The notes beneath the pieces were generated by a model. It was not told the DNA's origin. It made no database searches and was given only the letters and a program-made list of their open reading frames with translations. A stretch of DNA of 64,000 bases from Vitrella brassicaformis CCMP3155. Taxonomy: Eukaryota > Protista > Chromerida. This document shows, in pieces, positions 51,195 through 61,358 of this stretch. Where the stretch lies: assembly GCA_001179505.1 (NCBI GenBank), contig CDMY01000315.1, positions 1 to 64,000 on the forward strand, written 5' to 3'. Every line of letters begins with the position of its first letter. Within the stretch, counting starts at the first letter, position 1. Both the position numbers and the translations under genes were made by a program.

Positions 51195-52558
51195 CTATCG
51201 ATCAAACACCATGGCCGCGACAACCGGCCCCAACACCACTCGCGCCAGCCGAGTGGTCACGGGGAAGCGATGCTTGAAGGCGTCACCCACCCCACCGCCC
51301 ACGGCCGGCTCGGTGGTGAAGACCGAGACCACAGGCATCACTGCAGGCAGCCAGACAAACACACCGATGAATGACAGCAGAAGAAGCAGATGCATGTGCT
51401 GAGCTGTAGGTGCTGACTGACTGACTGACCTTGGTCGTTATTGGATCGTTCCCAGATGCGAACCCACGCGACGAATGAGTGGCTGTTCTTGTCGGTCAGC
51501 ACCAGACGCCGGAAGAAAGTTCTGCGGCCGGGGAGGCAGTGCGATGTGGTTGTGGTGCATCCCTCTACTGGCGCGTGAGGCGACTGCCTGAGGATTGTGT
51601 ACACCCGGTCGCTGCCACCATGCCTGGAAGACACACAGACAGAGGAAACCAAGGCAAACGGGACAAACACGTGCATATGACAGATACATACGTGCATCGT
51701 GTGTGTCCTGAATGAATGACCTGTCGATGTCATTGCTGATGGTCCTGCTCTGGTGAGTGAGCGCAAAATGGTCGAGGAGGGTGTTCTTGACAAACGAAGA
51801 TACCGACGCAGTCGTCACCGGACCAGCACCCGCCACCCAGCCATCGCCCAGACAACACTCGACTCGGCTGTTGACTGGGGGGTCATGCTGCCGTCGGTGT
51901 CGCTGGTATAGGTGGCCGGGGGGGAGGGGAGGGTCAACTTGCAACTCGAAGCCAATCTGGTCTCTGATGGCCCGCAGCCTCCCATTGTCGTGCTCGAACA
52001 GCTGGAAGGTCACGCCGTTGCCCATGTGGATGTGCCGGTCGACCATCTTGAGATGAGCCAACACACGCGGCTCGGCCAAATACGCCTGCACACACAATAC
52101 ACATGACCAGTAAGAACCCCATTATTCCGTTTCCTCCTCTGTCGGCTCACCATCTTGTTTGTGCGTTGGTGCAGATCATCAGCAGTGAGCCTCAAAGGCA
52201 GCTGGCAGCAGCCGCACTGCCCCGCCAGCTCGATCACCTCGCAGATCTCACCCCAGCCGCCCAACTCGATCACACACACGGCCGCCAGCAGCTCACGATC
52301 ACACATCTGCTCATCGTCCCATGTCAGCAGGTGTATTGTTGGCCGTCCATTGGCCGTTCGTCGCAGCCCCGCCTGTGTGCCGAGAGAGTGGCTGAGCCGC
52401 TGCCGCAGCTGAGGCGCTCTGAAGAGGTCTCTGAGCCATGTGCAAACTGCCCTCAGACGCAGCACGTCACCGATGCTGAGCAGATAGAAGCTGCGCCGGC
52501 CGACAAAGATATGAGTGAAGGGATGCTGCTGATGCTGCTGATGCTGCGTGTGCTGCAT
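51195..52558 (-). CDS. Lineage-specific F-box-like family protein, about 4 exons
   Basis: FTHIFVGRRSFYLLSIGDVLRLRAVCTWLRDLF (F-box-like), then ..LTADDLHQ|AYLAEPRVL..|..RRLVLTDKNSHSFVAWV..|..FPVTTRLARVVLGPVVAAMVFDR*. Confidence 0.75.
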
Positions 52559-52836
52559 CACGCCTGGGACGGAATGGATGGATCAGCGGCAGGAGAGGCG
52601 GCGGTCGGAGAAGGCGACGGGAAGCGAAACGCCGGAGCAAAAGAAGGGCCACTGCTGCGAGCTCAGTCCGCAACACGTACGCCTGTTCGCAGATTTGTGT
52701 CTTGACAGCAGGAGTGGACGCCAGCGAGGTCTTCTGATCGTCGCCTGACTGGAAAAGAGAGAGATTGAGGAGCTGTGTTTCTGCCGCTGCGGCGCATGTG
52801 TGTGTGTCGCGTGTTCAGGCCTGTCTGTTGCGATCA

Positions 52837-53363
52837 ATGCCAGTGGAAGGTGTTGGGCCTGTGCCTCACGAAGAGGATCTGTGGCTGACTGAGCCACAAT
52901 TGAATGAGGATGCTATTCAAGCGACTTCCATGGCCGACTTCGGCGTGGGGTACCTCTCGGAGGCGGCTCCCCCTTCGGAGAAACCCAACTCAAGGCCGGG
53001 CAAGGTCCTGGGTCCTTACGTGCGCCTCATGGTCCCCGTGGTGTGTCGGAAGTCGCCGCCACTCAATGTCCCACGTAACGGCAGCTCCGCAGAGCGCTCA
53101 ACGTGGTGTTCCTGGTCCACACGGGGACAGCGTTCAGCTACCTCAGCGAGAAGACGATGAGGGCGCTCGGCGCGGGAACGTTCCCTGACGGCACCATGCT
53201 GCGGGGCATGTGGGTGCGCATTGCAAAAGGTGCCGATGTGCATTGTAGCTCGCACGGACACTTCGCGGGCGTCAAGGTGCTGAGGATGACGGCGCTGCAG
53301 CAGCTGGGCTGGTCACCGGTCATCAACTGGGCGGAGCGGTCGTTTGTGCTGACCGCTCGTTGA
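52837..53363 (+). CDS. Retropepsin-like (single-domain aspartic protease fold) protein with catalytic Asp replaced by His
   Basis: RLMVPVVCRK|ALNVVFLVHTGTAFSYLSEKTMRAL..HGHFAGVKVLRMTAL..INWAERSFVL. It needs a 41-nt GT-AG intron (53052-53092) or a frameshift. Confidence 0.6.
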
Positions 53364-54203
53364 CGTGATGGATGGTGCGTGCTGACGAAGCGAGGACGGC
53401 AGGCAATGACACAGCTAGCCACACAAACGGTCGGCGTCATGTTGCAGCCGCCTGCCTGCCTGCCTGCCAAGATCCGATGGGCGTGTAGCCATGAAATTGT
53501 CCTTTATTGAATGCCGCTGTGTGCGGTTGGAGTGTGGGACGGCTGGCCGGTTTTATTTCTCGTGAGCATGGAAGTCTGTCAGTCAGGCTGGACGCCTCAT
53601 GAAGGTGTCTGTCTGAACTATTGGGTGTGGACTTGACACCCTACTCAAAACTTCTGGATGATATACACTGCTGCTAGCTATACGTGCAAAAGTGTGACTC
53701 GGCATCGCACCGCCCTCTCGACGCATCACGGTCTAACCAAAACACGACACCACAATGACAAGATACTCAAATCACATCCATCACATACCCACGTCAGGCG
53801 CGCCAGCCTGTCCGCCCTAATGAAGAAATACACATGTGCAGCAACAAAGCCGACCACTCGCACACGCCCTCCTCCCCTGGAAGACGTCTTGAAACAATGA
53901 CGGACGCCCAAAAGACTGAGTCAGTCGAAAATTGACGACGGCAGGCCCGTGTAGTGAGTACTCCACTGACTGCCGGTCAGTCAGTCAACGGAGCTCAGAC
54001 CGGCTGCTGCCGGGCCCTGCCGCAGCCGCAGAGAGTCCGCGACAACTGGGGCCGCTCCCATCACCACTGCTTGTATCATCCTCGGCTCTGGTGGTGACAG
54101 CGCCGCGTCCGTGTCGCGATGGCCGCCACAAGGAGGGCTCCGGTCATCTAAACGATTAGACAGCACGGGTGAATCGACCATTAGCCACAGACATATATGC
54201 CGT

Positions 54204-55070
54204 TCATTGCAGGCCTTTACCTGCAGCATCCGTCACTGCTGGGCAAGACTGGCTACGGCAAAGCGATGTCTTTCGCGGACCGAGGTCCACCAGCACAGCT
54301 CGCGGACGGAGGTCTACCTGCACAGCTGTGCTCACCTGCTGCGCAGCTTCCGGACGGGAGGTCACTTCCGCAGCTGTCGGATGGGCGGTCTCTTGCGGAG
54401 CAGCTGGAAGTAGATAAAGCAATGAACGCATTACGTACGTGTGGAGCATTCTTCTCTCTGTCTGTCTGTCTGTCTGTCTGTCTGTGTGTTGTGTGTCGTC
54501 CTGGCGTACCCGTCTGATTCGCCTGATTGAATTTGTAGATGGCGTACTCCAACCTGCTCAAGATCTGGTAGCACTCTTGCAAGCGGCCGTGGAGGAATTC
54601 GTAGTCGTCTGCAAAGAAGTCGTATCCCCACGGAAAGTCCTTGGCGTTTCGCTTCTTTTCCAAGCGGGCCCTCTCAATGCGGGCGCGGGCGTCCTCCTTG
54701 TACATGGAAACGTTGTGAAGGTCCCTCTCCAGGTAGGCGATAGACTCTCTGAGCCGTTTGGCCGACTCCCTCTTCCAGCGTGCGGCACTTGAAGCTTGCT
54801 CTCCACTGCCACAAGCGAAGGTCTCCGATGAGTCCCGTGTGAATGAGCAGTGGCACCCAGAGATGGCGATGCAGCCACTTTATCCAGCAGGTCGTCGATC
54901 GACGGGCATTTGCACACAAAGAGACACAAGGGAGAGATGGGATGGCTACACAGATGCACGCAACAGACAGGCCGCAGTGCTCACCCTCCTTCCTTCCGCA
55001 AACAGACAGACGATGACCACAACGATGACACACAGACAACACAGCCACTTGAGCAAGTCGACCACCATCA
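54204..55070 (-). CDS. Hypothetical protein, possibly disrupted
   Basis: Coding-like exon RWKRESAKRLRESIAYLERDLHNVSMYKEDARARIERARLEKKRNAKDFPWGYDFF..YKFNQANQT| and last exon AAPQETAHP..GKGLQ*. The upstream frame is not resolved. Confidence 0.45.
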
Positions 55071-55609
55071 TCTGACTGACTGACAGACACACCGACAGAC
55101 AGACACCCAGACAAACAGACACCCAGACAGACAGACAGACAGACAGACAGATACAGGTCGTGTACGTGTGAATCTGATGCAAACGTGTGATTCAGTGTTG
55201 CCTCGCTACACACCTCTGCTGCATGTAACTGCAAAGATCACACCAATTGGATCACACCTACCATGGGATGAGTCAGCACGCGAGGAAACGGCGGGCGGCG
55301 AAGGCGATGAGCACAACAAGGGCCAGAGGCGATGGTCGAGGCCCTCGGCCCTCAGAAGCGGGAGGAAGAAATAGCTAGCTGCGAGCTCAGCTTTGCAGCA
55401 GGAGAGATCTGAACCTGGTTCAGAGCGGCGTACGCAGGAGTGGGCACCAGCACAAGCCTTCTGATCGTCGCCTGACTGCGAAAGAGATTGAGGATCTGTG
55501 TTTCTGCCGGTGCGGCGCATCTCCGTCGTGGTGTCCTCTGCCCTCGTCGAGGGTGCTGCCGTCGCTCCTCGGTGTCTGCTGTCGTCCTTCTGCTGCGGTG
55601 AGCGGTGTT

Positions 55610-57944
55610 ATGGAGCCGTCTGTGAGTGTGCGGTTCGCTGGCGATGGGGAAGGCGATGCGCCGCTCGTCGTGAAGGATGGCGTCATACGCCAATACAAAT
55701 ATATGACTCAGGTACACACACGGCAGAGATGACAGACACGCGACATGGACACCATGTGTGTCGTCTGTGTGTGGGTGCAGGTGATGGACGGCGAGTTTCA
55801 GGAGGGCCAGGAGCGTCAGGTGTGTATCGAGAAGATCAGCCGGCCCATCGGTGAGGTGGTGCTGCAGCAAGAGGTGGACATCGTGGACTCGCTGACCAAG
55901 GACAATTTGCTGGATGCGTTGATCGCTCTCGACTACGTGCACTTCGACACGGACCAGATCTTCACGACCGGCAGCAACAAGAGCCTCCTGCGGCGAATCC
56001 ATCGCAAGGTGAGCAATGGGGAACAGAGAAACGAGGACGGTCAGCGGACTCTGTACACCACCTCTTTGTTGATGCACCTTGTCGTGTGTCAGGTTGTGAT
56101 TGAGGGATGGCTTGCCGACCACCAGCTGGCCAACAACTTGCTGGACAGCTTCGCCCGCTACCCATTCATCGCCCGATTCGTCCACTGCCACCCCGACATT
56201 TGCGCAGCGGTCCGTCCATTCCTGCGCAAGAAGCCTGACGTCATCGGCGAGCAGTGGCGGCGACGCGAGAGGGGCGAGGCCGAGAATGACGCCGTCAAGG
56301 CAGCGGTGAGTCTGGTGGCCAGCCTGGGAGACGACATTTCGTATGATGCATTCGACGTGTCGCGTCAAGAACTGGCCCGACTCCTCACGAATGCGACGGG
56401 CTCAACGACACTGTCGGCCGCATGTGGTAGGGAACAACAGAGGACTAAACAGGAAGGGGCTGCCGTCACTCACTACTTGTCTGTGGTCGGTGTGCTGTTG
56501 CGCTGTCTATCTCAGCGGCCATTTTCGAGTCCGACGAATTCTCGTCTTGTTCTACGGCGACGGTGCGGCCCTTTGCTGACGAGCGGGGGGGATCTGTCGA
56601 ATGTATGGGCTTCGCTATCGATGCGGTGGGTCTTCCCCCTCCCTACGCCCCCTATGCATCCGACGACTTGCCTGACAACGCCATTTCCGACGGCGATGCC
56701 AAGCTGACAGAGGTGGCGGGCTGGCACGTCAAGTTCGACCCACTCCTTGGAAGGCGAGCTGAGGGGGAGTCTTTCGTGTCATGCTATGCGCCTGATGGCT
56801 GTCTGCAGGTGGCTTATCCTCACGGCGATTCCGATGCCACACGCCCCGCGATCCGGCTGCATGACAGCCCGACGCTCATGGACGACGACAAGATCCGCAT
56901 GGGCGAGGAAGCGTCGGCTGGCGCCTCGGTCAGGTCGTTTGGCGCGAAGTTGATGGGAGGGTGGTCCTGGCTGTGTGGCAACGGCCGCATTATTGGTGCC
57001 GATGCGCTGGCGCAGCAGGGGCTGGGGGACATCCGTCTCAAGGATGTCGTGCTGCAGATGACGGTTCGCCACTTCCCGCTGCGTGTACTGGCCCTGCACT
57101 ATGTGCGGATGTGCGTCATTGACCGCGACTATGAGGAGATCTCCAAAATGGCCAAGTAAGGGAAAACACGACACATCCAGCACTCTCGGTGTTCGCGTGA
57201 GCGGTGTTTCTGTCGTTGTATGTCCGTCTGTGTGTGTGGTCGTTCCGGTTCGTGCAGGTCGATGCATCGTAAGGTCGCTGACTACGTGGTCTTCAACATG
57301 GCTTTGGTGAAGCGTCATCGCCTTCCACTGATGCTGTATTGGGCGGCGGGCATCGAGGGCCTCTCTCGGCATCGAGCTCAAGACATCTCATCCGCGCTGG
57401 AGTCTGACTTCTTTGACATCAGCGATGTGCCAGCAGTCCTTCCAGTGGTGCCCCTCCTGCCATCAGCCATTCAGACGGCCTTCAAATTTTTTAAAACGAG
57501 CTCAAGGGGGCCGTGGAGGATCAGGATGACGACGAAGAGGCCTTTGACTACCTCTACAAGCAACTCATCGACAGAGAGACAACACGCAAAAAGGTCAGTC
57601 GCACTACCCTCCCCAGCCAACTCCGCTGATCTTTCCATCCCATGTGTCAGCCTCTCTAACGGTCTCACTGTCTGTGTCTACGTGGCTGTTGGTTGCACAG
57701 GAGGCGGCCGATCGGCATCGTCTGGAGGCCGACAATGAGCGACTCAGAGAGGAAATCGCCACACTCAAGAGCCAGGTACAGAAACCAGACACACAGAAGA
57801 GCCAGCCACTTTGATCCTGATGCGTGTGATTCATTCAGGGGAGCCGTTGCGCGGATGGCGAGGGAGAGGAGGGAGAGGCAGGCCAGCAAGAACAGCCGCA
57901 CTGAGCAGCCCCTGTGTGGGAGCAATTGGGACGTGACTGCCTGA
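55610..57944 (+). pseudogene. BTB/POZ-like domain protein, paralogue C; 8-bp insertion near 57487
   Basis: MEPSVSVRFAGDGEGDAPLVVKDGVIRQYKYMTQ|VMDGEFQEGQERQVCIEKISRP... It is an inverted paralogue of 8135-10381. ttcaaa[ttttttaa]aacgag shifts the frame before NELKGAVEDQDDDEEAFDYLYKQLID. Confidence 0.75.
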
Positions 57945-58511
57945 CTAGCTGCCCGCTGAGTGACACGACACAGGAGTGGGTTTTGTGCCCACCCGTCCGT
58001 CCGTTATCTCTATGTCGCTGCGAGACCCAGTCAGTTTGGTATCTGTGTATATACCTTTTTCTGTCTGTATCGATCCCTCCGCTGGCACATGCGGTGGATG
58101 ACCGACCAATATGTCGATACGTACGTGGCGCGCGGCTGTGCATGCGCCGATGGATGGATGGATGGCTGGTGGTCTGATCCCTTCTGACTGTGCCTGCCTG
58201 CCCGATAGATAAGGCACAGTCAGGGATTTGGCACTCGCCCTCCCTCCATCCTATCCCCCTGCGACACTCTCTGTATCTCGCCTATGGCATCGGATGGATG
58301 GATGGCCGACAGTTTTGAGGACTCTCTCTCTCTCTCTTCTGCGTGTGTGAACGTTTGTGTGCATACGAACGTCCTTCATCTCAATGGAATGTCAGTCAAC
58401 ACAAAGAACATCAGAGCGACACACATGCATCCAGGCCATAGAGACACACATACAACACAGCCAACGATACATGACAGACAGACAGACAGACAGACAGAGT
58501 GACAGACAGCT

Positions 58512-60399
58512 TCATCCTCCCTCTTGCTGCTGCCGCAAAGCCACCCTGCCCTGCTCTCCCCCCTCCTCCCCATCTCCCCCTCCCTCTCCCTCTCCCTCGT
58601 GTGAGGCCTCCTGCCAGGCCCACGCAACACCCACCAACGACGACCGCTCACCGTCACCACCATTGTCACCAGCAGTATCGCTCGACGCCAGCAAATCGGC
58701 CGTGCTGCTGGCCGTGTTGGCCATCCGCCGACGCCTCTCGTCTGCCAGCGATGCCGCGACGTCGGTGGATATGCTGAACTGCGGCCGATGTACTGCGGGA
58801 AGCGCCAGTCGGAAGAGCAGCCAATCCGGGAGATCCGACTTCTGCTGCAGAAGCTGACACGAACACAGAGACACGGGAACAATGCAGTCTCAATGCCTGC
58901 CGCTTGTATGCTCTGTGTGCCTCCCTCCCCCTCACTCACTGACCTGCTGTTCGCATCTTCGTGACAGCTGGTCACACAGCAGCCGCACAGGGGACCTGTC
59001 GGCCAACCTGAACCCTCCCGCACTCACACCCGACGCTTCTGGCGGGAGTCTCCTCCGCTTCACCAGCCTGGGCGTGTTTGGTTGCGGTCGAGGTGCGCCT
59101 GTTGATGGCGATGGGGGCAGTGAGGTGAGCGCATGCGCTGTCTGCAGGAGCCGATAGATGTCGGTGGGGGGCAGAGGAGTGGGGTCATCAGAGGCCTGCA
59201 CGCACAAAACAGAAGTGCGATCCAACCCAGACATATATGGAGCGGCTCCTCCTGCCCCCGCTTACCTTCTGCAACAGCTTCGTGATGACCTCCTCGACCA
59301 TCATCGGACTGGTGCCATCCTCACCGCCCTGCCCATCCACTGTCATGGCCGCGTGTTTCGCCTGCAGCAGCCGGTAGACCTTGCCCTTCTTCCCCCACTT
59401 AACGCACACAGTGCCCCTCGGCGCATCCCTCTGTAGCTTCGGCGGCGCACGCGGCCGTGGAGGCGATGACGGTGGTCGGGCCTGCTGCGCGGGAGGCGGT
59501 ATGGTCGCCATTCTGACGTATGTGAGGGCAGCCAGGGGAACGGCTGATGGCGGGAGTGCGTCGGTGTGTCGGTCGAGCCAATGGGTGACGGCGTGAAAGG
59601 CCGTCTGCGGCTGTGGCTGTGTGGATGCGTTTCGGCTGGTGTAGGAGCGCATGAAGGACATGACGCACTCGACCGACGGCCTGTCGGCTGCTGTGACGGG
59701 GAGCAGCTCGGCCTGATGGAACCAGGCAATGAGACATCCACATGTGCGACGCATGTGCGACCTGATTGCCTTTGTCACGTGTGCCGAACAAATCGTACGT
59801 ACCACACGGGACTGGAGTGTGGCGAACACAGGCCGATCGGAGAGCCGCATCGAGGAGAGTGAGTGCACTGCAGGCAGCCAGCCAGCCACACACAATGACA
59901 ACCAATGCACTCAGTGCGCCTCTCCCCCTCCGCATGGCAACAGGCGTACGTGTCCGAGCGGTCTCCTCGAGCTGGAGTCGGTTGGCGTTCCGCTGGATGG
60001 CATCCTCCAGCGCATCCAACACCGCACACGAAGGCCGGTAGCCCAGAGGCGACCCACGATCCTACGCACACACACGAACACACACGCGTCAGCACACAGG
60101 TGATGTAAGGATACCACCCATATTCCCACAAACACTGGCCGACCTTTGCGGCATCGAATGCGCGGCGTCGCCGCCAGCCGCCCGGTGGCGAGGCGCCTCG
60201 TGTGGGGTTGTGTGGTTTGGCGTATCGGTGGATGAGCTTGGGGGGTATCAAGCGCTGGAGGCTGGCGGCAATCTTGACAAGACCCTCGCTCGGCACGGCG
60301 TCCATGTCTGTGGGAGTGACACAACCACAACGAAAGCACCGCACCCACATGAAGGATGGATTCATGGATGGATGGATGGATGGATGAATGGCACGTGCC

Positions 60400-60434
<35 letters not shown>

Positions 60435-61318
60435 GACCTACCGAGGATCTTGGTTGCGTGTGTGGCGAGCCCGTCAATCAGCCCCACCATCGCTCCCTCG
60501 CCCAGCACAAACTCGCCGTCGCCACCACTAGAGGCACCCTTGCCTTCATGGCCGTCGACAGGGATCATTGGGTAGGGCGTCCATGGCTTGGCTGCTCCTG
60601 CTGCCTCCTCGCTGCTGGCCTCTCGCTTTGACTTTGGCGGTGTGTGGAACAGCAGAGGATACAGCAGCGACATGCCGTTCAGCACGTCTGATGGCATCAG
60701 AGAGGAGAGAACCACACGGAGCGAGAGAGAGTGTGTCTTGTGTCTTGTGTCTTGTGGTGAATCCCTCTCTCCCTCCCTCCCTCCCTGTGTACCAGTGAGT
60801 GCTTTGGCGGTGAGGTCGAGGGTCCTTTCGTTGATGGCGGGCATGAGGGTGCGCAGCAGCCGCCGCCCGTCAGCAGGGCACAGCTGACCAACCCAACACG
60901 TCATCATACCACCACCACTCCACAAGATGGGATGGATGGCAGCAAAGGCTTACGAGGGATCGTTGGTGGATTTTGCCGAAGCCGTTGAGGCATGACGCCA
61001 GGTCGGTCACCTTCATGCCTACACGCACCGAGCCATCCATCCATCCACTCGTCAATTCAATGCCATTCCTCCTTCCCCTCAGTCACTTTCGTGTCTGTCG
61101 ATGACGCACTCCACCAGCTGGCTGACGTACCATCTCGCCTGCAGGGCAGACAGACAGAGCCACACACACGGCAACATAAAACCAGCATAGCATGCAGCGA
61201 CGCCGTCGGTGTTTGTGTGCTTTCACGTGTTTGTCGTCTTTGTGGCCCTTGATCCCGCCCCACACAGAGCCTCTCGACCGACCTGACACACACGCACACA
61301 CAAACACACACACAGACA

Positions 61319-61358
<40 letters not shown>

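Noticed and set aside
57480-57500. ttttttaa insertion as a piggyBac (TTAA) footprint
   Set aside because: It is too short to distinguish from slippage, and no element ends are present.
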